Positions 39,889 to 48,227 of a DNA stretch of 64,000 nt are shown here, one piece after another. Source of the stretch: Anaerolineales bacterium (GTDB lineage: Bacteria > Chloroflexota > Anaerolineae > Anaerolineales > Villigracilaceae); NCBI GenBank assembly GCA_036846365.1, contig DAIUCC010000008.1, forward strand, positions 12,922-76,921. Direction: 5' to 3'. The stretch's first letter is position 1. Each line of letters begins with the position of its first letter. Made by a program: the position numbers and the translations under genes. The notes beneath the pieces were generated by a model, which saw only the letters and a list, made by a program, of their open reading frames with translations, made no database searches and was not told the DNA's origin.

Positions 39889-39916
39889 TTTTTGATGCCT
39901 CACTTTATGTGTATAA

Positions 39917-40047
39917 GCCTAATGGTTTGCGTTACCTGCGCTGGGGCCGTGGACGGCGAAGCCGTCCAGCCAGAAAAATGCTGAGGCGTGGAAAAATGCT
40001 TGAAAACGGCGCAGAATCCCCGCCGTCTGCTGCACGCTGTGTTGGGC
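39917..40047 (-). repeat. attC-like recombination site (131 bp)
   Basis: GCCTAAT...GTTGGGC; internal hairpin ggacggcgaagccgtcc; near-identical left half to copy at 41908. Confidence 0.7.
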
Positions 40048-40068
40048 GGCGTTTCGTATCTAACAGGC

Positions 40069-41001
40069 TCATTGGTTCATCTTTCCTACCTTGTAGGCAA
40101 AGTAATATGGATTATTTTTCAACTCGTTTGCCTCACGTATCAACCCAACAGCATTTTCAGCGGTTGAGAATAGGCTAACAGAACCTGCGATTTTCATAAT
40201 CTCTGATGCAATTTCAGGTGGGAATAAATATGAAAACCCTGCTAATGAAAACCCGAAAACAGCACTTGTTGCCAACCAAGAACGCTTTTTTGAAAGTTGT
40301 TGAAACTTTAAATTCAATTCTCGCGTTTTTTCGTCAACCCTGACCATTAATTCTAGTAATTTATCTTCTGGTGCAATTTGGCGATTCCGAATATTCAAAT
40401 CGTTTAAAGCGTTGTGATATTCTGAAAAGATTTCTTCATCTAACGAAAGCCTTATTAAATCAGATAATGAGATATTATCTGCGTTGGGAAGGAACATCTT
40501 GAAATTAAGGTTTTTTGTCTGACTACCGCCTGACTGAAATTTCTCTGATACCGCGGCGCAGCCATAATCACTTGCGTTGAATTCATCTAAAGTGTCCACT
40601 CCTTGAGAACTTATTTGTTCATAGTGGTAAGGAATAACATAGCATAGCCCTCTTCTAATTACTTCGTGGTATTCGCTAATCCACTCAATATATTCATTTG
40701 GAATATCAACTCCATAAAAATCATCCGTTACTGTCCCATCCCCATGAATAACGAGCGAAGACGAATACAGAACCGATTTTTTCACCACATCGTTGTTTGG
40801 AAAAGCAATTGAAAGAGGTAAAGTGTTCATGTTGGCAGCAGTATTAGTAAATATATTACGCCATTCTTTCAGCGCTTCAAGGACTGCAAGATTACCCTTC
40901 CATTCATGCTTTGTAGCCTTGAACTTATTTGCAAAGTTACTATCGATTTTGTATCCAAGATTTTCTTCTAAAGAATTCAATACGGATGCATGAGATTTCA
41001 T
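40069..41001 (-). CDS. hypothetical protein, very AT-rich (cassette 3)
   Basis: 310 aa, no recognisable motif; flanked by attC-like sites. Confidence 0.5.
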   Translation of the reverse strand: MKSHASVLNSLEENLGYKIDSNFANKFKATKHEWKGNLAVLEALKEWRNIFTNTAANMNTLPLSIAFPNNDVVKKSVLYSSSLVIHGDGTVTDDFYGVDIPNEYIEWISEYHEVIRRGLCYVIPYHYEQISSQGVDTLDEFNASDYGCAAVSEKFQSGGSQTKNLNFKMFLPNADNISLSDLIRLSLDEEIFSEYHNALNDLNIRNRQIAPEDKLLELMVRVDEKTRELNLKFQQLSKKRSWLATSAVFGFSLAGFSYLFPPEIASEIMKIAGSVSLFSTAENAVGLIREANELKNNPYYFAYKVGKMNQ

Positions 41002-41028
41002 TACAAGTCTCCAAACTTCACGTAAGCC

Positions 41029-41158
41029 GCCTAACGGCTTGCGTTACTTGCAAGTGGGCGGGACGCGGCGAAGGCTCGAAAACAGAAACCTGCTGAGGCT
41101 TTGAAAACCACCAAAAAATGCGGCGACTCCTACTTGTCGGCTGCACACTGTGTTGGGC
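41029..41158 (-). repeat. attC-like recombination site (130 bp)
   Basis: GCCTAAC...GTTGGGC with same conserved boxes. Confidence 0.7.
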
Positions 41159-41189
41159 CGCTCGCTGGAGAAGTCGCGTTTCACTTGAC

Positions 41190-41873
41190 TTATACCTTTG
41201 CCATTATCTGATCATAGTATTGGACAGCCGCTTCGATATCGTCTCGACTAACATCAGGCCAGTATGCCTGGGTAACATAAACGCAGGCATCGGCACTTTG
41301 CCACAACAGAAAATTACTTAATCGCTGCTCACCACTGGTACGAAGCACCAAGTCAACATCAGGCAATCCAGTTGTCCATAAATAATGTTCAATAGTAGAC
41401 TCGGAAATTGTTTCCATCCTTGCGCTTTCTGCTAACAACTTACGCGTCACATTTACCAATTCAGCCCGCCCTCCATAATTGAAAACAAAATTGAAGATTT
41501 CAGGGCCATTATGTTGGGTTAGAGCGACTGCATCATCCAGGGCTTGTAATGCTTTTGGCGTAAGTTCATCTCTTCGACCGCAATGCACAAAGCGAACACC
41601 ACTTTGATGTAATTTGCTTACAAACTCAGGCAAATGTTTTTCCAGAGAACTCATGATATAGCCTACCTCAGCTTTAGGCCGATTCCAATTCTCTGTGGAC
41701 CAGGCATAAGCCGATACGATTTGAATACCAAGCGCATGGCAAATCTCTAATACATGGGGAATATGTTCAAATCCGGCTTTGTGTCCGGCACTTCTTGAGA
41801 GACCCCGTTGTTGTGCCCAACGTCCGTTGCCATCCATAATCAGCCCAATATGTCTCGGTATGATCATAAGCAT
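41190..41873 (-). CDS. cis-prenyltransferase (undecaprenyl-diphosphate synthase family) (cassette 2)
   Basis: IPRHIGLIMDGNGRWA and RTSGEQRLSNFLLWQ signatures of UppS family; low GC unlike a core uppS. Confidence 0.85.
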   Translation of the reverse strand: MLMIIPRHIGLIMDGNGRWAQQRGLSRSAGHKAGFEHIPHVLEICHALGIQIVSAYAWSTENWNRPKAEVGYIMSSLEKHLPEFVSKLHQSGVRFVHCGRRDELTPKALQALDDAVALTQHNGPEIFNFVFNYGGRAELVNVTRKLLAESARMETISESTIEHYLWTTGLPDVDLVLRTSGEQRLSNFLLWQSADACVYVTQAYWPDVSRDDIEAAVQYYDQIMAKV

Positions 41874-41907
41874 CCACTTTCAAACTAGATCGGTTAGTTA
41901 TCTAGCG

Positions 41908-42014
41908 GCCCAACGGTTTGCGTTACCTGCGCTGGGGCTGGGACGGCGAAGCCGTCCAACCAGAAAAAGGCTCAGGCGTAGAATCCAACCCGTCAAGTGC
42001 ACGCTTTGTTGGGC
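41908..42014 (-). repeat. attC-like recombination site (107 bp, shorter variant)
   Basis: GCCCAAC...GTTGGGC; shares left half with copy at 39917. Confidence 0.65.
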
Positions 42015-42103
42015 ACACTTTGGGTATGCAAGACTCACGCCGGGAAAAGGATTATGAAACAATTTGTAATAACTTATGCTGTTGCTATAAGTGTCTATCT
42101 GCA

Positions 42104-42640
42104 TCACAATTTTTCTTTCAAAACGAACTTTCTGTAACTTAGTAATTTTTGAATATCGTCAGGATGAGGAAGAATTTTCCACTTTTCAGTAAGGGCATAT
42201 GCTTGCGGCTCTGCTGTTTCTTCAACAAATTTCTTCTCCTTATCAATTCCTAACTCAAACCCAATGCGGGGGTGGTTGTAATAGACATGAGAAAATTCGT
42301 GAGCCAAAATATGTATTTTTGTTTTATGTTCAATGAAATTAGAAAAAGGATTGAAAATTACAAAACAACGTAAGTTAATTTTATTAAGTAAGGCACATGC
42401 AGGTGTATCGAATTGCCATAAGTCATTAACTTGTTTACACAGAATAAAATCAAGATTTTCGAGAATTTTATCTCGGCTATCTTTGGGAATACTATCCCAG
42501 GTTTCTACAAATAAATCTTCGTAAACCCTTTTTCGTTCGGCTGAATCATCATTGGAAAAATACAGTAAATTATTCATGACAGGTAAGTACAATTTTCTGA
42601 TCTCCATAATAACCATGCCTACAGCCCTTATTGAATGCAT
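42104..42640 (-). CDS. HExxH-motif protein, putative ImmA/IrrE-like metallopeptidase (cassette 1), very AT-rich
   Basis: HEFSHVYYNH; start codon overlaps a core-site-like GTTAGAT (minus strand GTTAG|ATG). Confidence 0.55.
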   Translation of the reverse strand: MHSIRAVGMVIMEIRKLYLPVMNNLLYFSNDDSAERKRVYEDLFVETWDSIPKDSRDKILENLDFILCKQVNDLWQFDTPACALLNKINLRCFVIFNPFSNFIEHKTKIHILAHEFSHVYYNHPRIGFELGIDKEKKFVEETAEPQAYALTEKWKILPHPDDIQKLLSYRKFVLKEKL

Positions 42641-42649
42641 CTAACTATG

Positions 42650-42679
42650 GTGTTATACAGCAATTCTGCTGTATAACAC
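42650..42679. promoter_or_regulatory. perfect 12-bp inverted repeat with 6-nt spacer, candidate operator
   Basis: GTGTTATACAGC-aattct-GCTGTATAACAC, between candidate promoter and first cassette ATG. Confidence 0.4.
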
Positions 42680-42696
42680 CCTTTATCTTTCAAAAA

Positions 42697-42704
42697 TTAT
42701 ACAT
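42697..42704 (-). promoter_or_regulatory. extended -10 promoter element reading into cassette array
   Basis: minus strand TGTATAAT. Confidence 0.35.
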
Positions 42705-42724
42705 CCGATTCCCAGGCGAATTTC

Positions 42725-43321
42725 TCACGGCCGATATGGCTCCTCGCGCACGAGATGACCATAGATGATCTTGAGGAACAGGGCGGGGATCAGCCACTCG
42801 AATCCCCAGACGGGCGGCAGCACATACAGATTCAGCAGGATGGCAATCAGGATGATGCCCAAGGCGGTGGGACGCTGCAAATAGAGCGGCATTTGTAGCA
42901 ACATCCACGCGGAGAACAGCAGGGCCAGGTACCAGAACAGGCCATAGGTCCAGTTGCCGCCGAAGAGCAGGGCCGCCAGCAGCGGGTGGACGTGAAAAGC
43001 CGTGAAGGCTAGATGATTCTTCGCCAGCCGCGTTAGGCCTGTCTCTTCGGGCTGGAGCGGGGCATGGTAGAAACGTTTGCAACTGTTGAGCGCGTTCGCC
43101 GCCACGCCGCCAAACACATCCAACGCCATCAGCCCCGCCACAAGATACTGCCAGATCGTCCACGGGATGGACTTGGTCCACACTACCCAGGCCAGGATGC
43201 CCGTGGCGAACAGGCCCACGGTCCACACCAGGGTGCGCTCGGCGGTCGTCGCGCCCGTGCCGAAGAATTCGTCGGGCTTGCCTGAGTAGTTCCAATCGAT
43301 CACAACGCGGTCGGGTTTCAT
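42725..43321 (-). CDS. polytopic membrane protein, hypothetical (GC-rich flank)
   Basis: 198 aa, ~5 TM segments. Confidence 0.55.
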   Translation of the reverse strand: MKPDRVVIDWNYSGKPDEFFGTGATTAERTLVWTVGLFATGILAWVVWTKSIPWTIWQYLVAGLMALDVFGGVAANALNSCKRFYHAPLQPEETGLTRLAKNHLAFTAFHVHPLLAALLFGGNWTYGLFWYLALLFSAWMLLQMPLYLQRPTALGIILIAILLNLYVLPPVWGFEWLIPALFLKIIYGHLVREEPYRP

Positions 43322-43471
43322 GGGATTCTCCTATTGCAATCATACAACAGTTTGATATACTCGCCCAAACCTTTCCCCGTCCATCGTCAACCAAAACGCA
43401 GAGGCTTTATCTTCTCCATCCGCCTGCCTTTGTGCCCATTGTGTCCTTTGTGTTAAAGTCTGGATACCCCC

Positions 43472-46177
43472 ATGGACCTCTCCCATAACATCCACCTGCT
43501 GGGCGACCTGCTCGGCAAAGTCATCTCGGAGCTCGAGTCGCCGGAGTTATTCGAGACCGAGGAACGCATCCGCACGCTGGCCAAGGCGCGGCGGAACGGG
43601 GATTCGGTCGCGGCGGAACAGTTGCAGGCGGAGGTTTCCTCGCTGCAAAATGAAGATGCGCGCGTGGTGGCGGCCGCCTTCACCGCCTACTTCGACCTGG
43701 TCAACCTGGCCGAGGAGCAGCAGCGTGTGCGGCTGCTCCGTCAGCGGGAGGACGCCTTTTTCCCCGAGCCCATCCGCGAGTCGATTGGCGAAACGGTGGC
43801 GACCCTCAAAGAAAACGGAATCAGCCCCGAGCGGATGTCGGCCCTGCTGGAGAATCTGTCCATCGAACTGGTGCTGACCGCTCATCCCACCGAGGCGCGC
43901 CGCCGCACGGTCCTCTCCAAGACCGAGCACATCGCCTCACTGCTGCGCCAACTCAACAGCGACGCTCTCTCGCAGCGCGAACGCCAGGAGACGGTCTCCG
44001 CCCTGCGCGCCGCCATCTCCGCCCTGTGGCTGACCGACCGCTCGCGCTCCGACAAGTTGACCGTGGCCGACGAGGTGCGCACGGGCCTGTATTTCGTCGA
44101 CTCGTTCTTCTGGAACATCCTGCCCATCCTATACCGCGACCTGGAAGCCGCGCTCGAAAAATATTACCCCGGGGTGAAACCTCCCGAGAACTGGCTGCGC
44201 CTGGCCTCGTGGATCGGCGGCGACCGCGACGGGAATCCCTTCGTCACCACCCCTGTCACCGCCGAGGCGCTGCGTCTGCATCGCGGCCTGGCGGTGGAGA
44301 ATCACCGCCGCGCCTTTCAAGAGTTGGGACGCCGCCTGAGCGTGAGCGCCAGCCGCATCCCGCCGCCGCCCGCCCTGCTGGCATGGATCGAGGCGCGCAG
44401 GCCCTTCCCTCCGCACGTGGCCTACATCGAGCAGCGTTACGCCAATGAACCCTATCGTCTGGTGTTGGCCCTGCTGGCTAACGACCTGGCCGAAGCCTCG
44501 CGCGACGACATGGCCAGGCACCTGCTCGGGCAATACCCGCACCAGGCTTTGATCGATGCACAACGGCTGCTCGAACCGCTGCTGCTGATCGCCTCGGCCA
44601 TGCCGCCCAGCCTCGCGCAGGACGAACTCAAGACCGTGCTCCGCAAAATGCGCGTCTTCGGCCTGCACGTCGCACGGCTTGACATCCGCGAGGACTCGGG
44701 ACGGTTGAATGCCGCCCTGGGTGAAATTCTGCGCGCCTTGAAGATCGAAGCAGATTTCGAGAATCTGCCCGACGAGACCCGCGCCTCATTGTTGATCCGT
44801 CTGCTGGCGAATCCCGCCCCGAGCCTGTCCAGCCACCCGGGCGTGACGGCCGCCGCCGCCGAGACCTGGTCGCTATTCCAGTTGATCGCGCGCGTGCAGG
44901 ACATCTACGGCGACGAGCTGCTCGGCCCGATCGTCATCTCGATGACCCATGCCGCCGCCGACGTACTGACCGTCATGCTGCTGTCCAAGTGGGCGGGCTG
45001 TCGGCGCATGCCCGCCATTGCGCCACTCTTCGAGTCGATCCAGGACCTGCAAGACGCCTCCAAGATTCTGACCCTGCTGTTCGAGTCGTACCTGTACCGC
45101 GCCCACCTGGCCACGCACGGCGACGAGCAGATGGTCATGATCGGCTACTCCGACAGCAACAAGGACGGCGGCTACCTGATGGCGAACTGGTCGCTCTATC
45201 AGGCGCAGGAGGACATCACCCGCACCGCGCACGAATATGGCATCAAGCTGACCATCTTCCACGGACGCGGCGGCACCATCGCGCGCGGCGGTGGACCCGC
45301 CAACCAGGCCATCCGCGCCCAGCCCGCGGGCAGTGTCAACGGCCGTTTCCGCGTCACCGAGCAGGGCGAGATCATCGCCTCGCGCTACGCCGACCCCGGC
45401 CTGGCGCATCGTCACCTCGAACAGATTGCCAGCGCGGTCATCCTGGCTTCCGCGCCGCACAATGAGGACCCCGTCCCCGCGAAGTGGCGAGAGGTGCTGC
45501 AAGCCATGTCCGAAATCGGGCTGCACACGTATCGCTCGCTGGTGTACGAGACTCCGGGCTTCATCCAATTCTGGGAATCGGCCACCCCGCTGGACGAGAT
45601 CAAGCGGTTGCAGATCGGCTCGCGGCCCGTCTCGCGCGCCAAGGCGGGCGCCGTGAATCAGATCCGCGCCATCCCGTGGGTCTTCTCGTGGATGCAAAGC
45701 CGCTTCAACCTGCCGGGCTGGTACAGCCTCGGCTCAGGCCTCGACTGCGCGCACAACGACCTGCCCATGCTGCAGGAGATGTACGACGGCTGGCCGTTCT
45801 TCAAGGCTCTGCTGGATAACACCGAAATGTCGCTGCTCAAGGCCGACATGGACATCTCCGCCCTGTACGTGAGCCTGGTCCGCAATCAAAAACTCGCGGA
45901 CGGAATCTTCGGCTCCATCCGTGCCGAATACGAACGCACCCGCGATTGCGTGTTGAGCATCACCCGCCATTCCGTCCTGCTCGAAACGGAACCCGTTACC
46001 CGTCAGGCGATCCAGCTCCGCAACCCTTACGTCGACCCGTTGAACTACATCCAGGTCGAGACCCTGCGCCGCCTGCGCAACCTGTCCGACCCTGACGGCG
46101 CGGAGGCCAAGCCCCTGCGCGAGATCATGGCACTGACCATCAACGGCATCGCCGCGGGTTTGAGGAATACGGGATAA
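43472..46177 (+). CDS. ppc: phosphoenolpyruvate carboxylase
   Basis: VLTAHPTE, GYSDSNKDGG, FHGRGGTIARGGGP signatures; 901 aa. Confidence 0.95.
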   Translation: MDLSHNIHLLGDLLGKVISELESPELFETEERIRTLAKARRNGDSVAAEQLQAEVSSLQNEDARVVAAAFTAYFDLVNLAEEQQRVRLLRQREDAFFPEPIRESIGETVATLKENGISPERMSALLENLSIELVLTAHPTEARRRTVLSKTEHIASLLRQLNSDALSQRERQETVSALRAAISALWLTDRSRSDKLTVADEVRTGLYFVDSFFWNILPILYRDLEAALEKYYPGVKPPENWLRLASWIGGDRDGNPFVTTPVTAEALRLHRGLAVENHRRAFQELGRRLSVSASRIPPPPALLAWIEARRPFPPHVAYIEQRYANEPYRLVLALLANDLAEASRDDMARHLLGQYPHQALIDAQRLLEPLLLIASAMPPSLAQDELKTVLRKMRVFGLHVARLDIREDSGRLNAALGEILRALKIEADFENLPDETRASLLIRLLANPAPSLSSHPGVTAAAAETWSLFQLIARVQDIYGDELLGPIVISMTHAAADVLTVMLLSKWAGCRRMPAIAPLFESIQDLQDASKILTLLFESYLYRAHLATHGDEQMVMIGYSDSNKDGGYLMANWSLYQAQEDITRTAHEYGIKLTIFHGRGGTIARGGGPANQAIRAQPAGSVNGRFRVTEQGEIIASRYADPGLAHRHLEQIASAVILASAPHNEDPVPAKWREVLQAMSEIGLHTYRSLVYETPGFIQFWESATPLDEIKRLQIGSRPVSRAKAGAVNQIRAIPWVFSWMQSRFNLPGWYSLGSGLDCAHNDLPMLQEMYDGWPFFKALLDNTEMSLLKADMDISALYVSLVRNQKLADGIFGSIRAEYERTRDCVLSITRHSVLLETEPVTRQAIQLRNPYVDPLNYIQVETLRRLRNLSDPDGAEAKPLREIMALTINGIAAGLRNTG

Positions 46178-46180
46178 AAG

Positions 46181-46214
46181 AAAGCGGGGTGGACCTCGGA
46201 GGTCCACCCCGCTT
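46181..46214. repeat. palindromic element / terminator (family GGTGGACCT-n5-AGGTCCACC)
   Basis: aaagcggggtggacctcggaggtccaccccgctt between convergent ppc and yeiH. Confidence 0.5.
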
Positions 46215-46218
46215 CTAT

Positions 46219-47208
46219 CTATAAAATCCCCGATAAATACTGCGCCGCCAGCGATGAGACGGCCACCAGCACCCAGGTCAACGCGCCGAGGTAAATGGCG
46301 CGCGGCCCCGCCTGGACGAACTTCCGCAGGTTGGTGTTCAAGCCGATGGCCGACATGGCCGCGATGATCAGGAACTTGCCCGTCCAGGCCAGGGATGTAC
46401 TGACCGTCAACGGGATCAGGCCCAGGCTGCGGAGGATGGCCGCCAGGATAAATCCCAGAATGAACCAGGGAAAGACGCGCGCCAGGTTGAACTTCGTCCC
46501 GCTTTCCTTATCTTTTGCAAAGACCAAAGCCAGCGCCAGCGTGACAGGCACGATCATCAGGCTGCGCGTCAACTTGACGATGGTGGCAAAGCTGCCGGCC
46601 GCGTCGCTGTAGGAATATCCCGCCGCGACCACCGAAGAGGTATCGTTAATGGCCGTGCCCGCCCACATACCGAAACCCGTATCCGAAAGGTGCAGCAAAT
46701 GGCCGATGAGCGGGAAGAGAAAGACCGCGATCACGTTGAACAGGAAGATGGTGGAAATGGCGTAGGAGATGTCCTGATCCTCGGCATCGATGGCGGTGGA
46801 TGCCGCCGCGATGGCCGACCCGCCGCAGATGGCCGTCCCCACGCCGATCAGGGCCGAGAGCTTGCGCTCGATCTGGAAATAGCGCCCCGCGAAATAAGCG
46901 GTCACAAATGCGACACTCAACGTCACCACCAGAATCAACAGCGAAGCCTGTCCCACGCGGATGACGTTGGCCATGTTCATCTCGAAGCCCAGCAGGATGA
47001 CCGCCAGTTGCAACACATACTTGGACGTAAACTTGATCCCGTCATTCAGCGTGGATGGCAGCTGCAGGACAGAAGCCACGAGAATGCCGAGCGTGATCCC
47101 GAAGACGGGTCCGCCCACCACGGGCAGGAGTTTTCCCAATTGATAGGCACCCAGAGCCAGCGCAAAGGCCAGCAGCAATCCAGGCAAAATGTTCTTCCAT
47201 GATTTCAT
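46219..47208 (-). CDS. yeiH: YeiH-family putative sulfate exporter (UPF0324 membrane protein)
   Basis: Polytopic; divergent to a LysR regulator exactly as yeiE-yeiH in enterobacteria. Confidence 0.75.
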   Translation of the reverse strand: MKSWKNILPGLLLAFALALGAYQLGKLLPVVGGPVFGITLGILVASVLQLPSTLNDGIKFTSKYVLQLAVILLGFEMNMANVIRVGQASLLILVVTLSVAFVTAYFAGRYFQIERKLSALIGVGTAICGGSAIAAASTAIDAEDQDISYAISTIFLFNVIAVFLFPLIGHLLHLSDTGFGMWAGTAINDTSSVVAAGYSYSDAAGSFATIVKLTRSLMIVPVTLALALVFAKDKESGTKFNLARVFPWFILGFILAAILRSLGLIPLTVSTSLAWTGKFLIIAAMSAIGLNTNLRKFVQAGPRAIYLGALTWVLVAVSSLAAQYLSGIL

Positions 47209-47308
47209 CGCTGTGTTCTCTTTTCAGATGAATTTTCACAAGGACTATATCAGGCAGGCGGGTATCTGTAAAATAGTATAATTTTATGGTGTCCATAGGC
47301 ATTTCCTT

Positions 47309-48184
47309 ATGAATCTCCGCCACCTGAAGATCTTCCTGGTCGTGTATGAACACCGCAATATGACCCACGCCGCGAGGGCGCTGTATCTCAGCCAACCTTC
47401 GGTCAGCCAGGTGATCTCTGAGCTGGAAGAGCATTATCACGTGCGGCTGTTCGAGCGCATGAATCGTCGGCTGTTTCCCACGCCCGCGGGAGAGCAACTG
47501 GCCGTCCGCGCCAGGGAGATCCTCTCCCTGCTCGATCAGACTCAACAGGAACTGTCCGACTTGAGCGGGGGCAGCAGTCTGCGCATCGGCGTCAGCCTGA
47601 CGATCGGCACCCACATCCTGCCAGGCTTGATCTCGAACTTCAGCCAGCGCATGCCAGGTGTGGAGGTCTTTTCGCTGGTGGACAACACCCACGTCGTCGA
47701 ACAACTCCTGCTGGAGAATCGCATTGACCTGGGGTTGGTCGAGGGCAGCGTGCAATCGCCCGACATACTGGAACGCCCCATCAGCGAGGATCAGCTCGTG
47801 ATCGTGGCGGCGCCCACTCATCCGCTCAGCAGCAAGAAAAACGTCACCCTGGCGGACCTGGAGAATGGCCGCTTCATCATCCGCGAGGAAGGCAGCGGCA
47901 CACGCGCCACCTTCGAGAATGCCATGCAGGCCGCAGGCGTGACCTGGCAAATCGCGGGCGTGTACAACAACATCGACGCGATCAAGCAGGCGGCGCAATC
48001 CAATCTGGGGCTGGCCATCGTACCGCGCATCTCCATCGAAAAGGAGCTGCGCCAGGGGCGTGTGCGCCTGATCAAGGTGCAGGGGCTGAGTCTCTCACGC
48101 AAGTTCAGTTTCATCTTTCATCGCCAGAAACAGATTACACAGATCATGCAGACTCTGATGGATTGTTATCCCGCAGATGTGTGA
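47309..48184 (+). CDS. LysR-family transcriptional regulator (YeiE-like)
   Basis: HTH ...MTHAARALYLSQPSVSQVISELE; intergenic has TATAAT and ATAG-N9-TAT. Confidence 0.85.
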   Translation: MNLRHLKIFLVVYEHRNMTHAARALYLSQPSVSQVISELEEHYHVRLFERMNRRLFPTPAGEQLAVRAREILSLLDQTQQELSDLSGGSSLRIGVSLTIGTHILPGLISNFSQRMPGVEVFSLVDNTHVVEQLLLENRIDLGLVEGSVQSPDILERPISEDQLVIVAAPTHPLSSKKNVTLADLENGRFIIREEGSGTRATFENAMQAAGVTWQIAGVYNNIDAIKQAAQSNLGLAIVPRISIEKELRQGRVRLIKVQGLSLSRKFSFIFHRQKQITQIMQTLMDCYPADV

Positions 48185-48199
48185 ACGTTAAACAAGCAG

Positions 48200-48225
48200 G
48201 GTGGACCTTACAGGTCCACCTCACT
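48200..48225. repeat. second copy of GGTGGACCT-n5-AGGTCCACC palindromic element
   Basis: aagcagggtggaccttacaggtccacctcactt. Confidence 0.45.
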
Positions 48226-48227
48226 TT

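Larger units (their letters stand above)
36493..42724 (-). mobile_element. AT-rich genomic island organised as an integron-type cassette array without integrase in window (CALIN-like)
   Basis: Abrupt GC drop between GC-rich flanks (MTase 35713..36492, membrane protein 42725..43321); all genes minus-strand, single-gene units separated by attC-like repeats. Confidence 0.65.

Noticed and set aside
42650-42679. 12-bp perfect inverted repeat considered as a sixth attC site
   Set aside because: Lacks the conserved inner boxes and length of the attC-like family and has no RYYYAAC partner. Kept only as a candidate operator/boundary feature.
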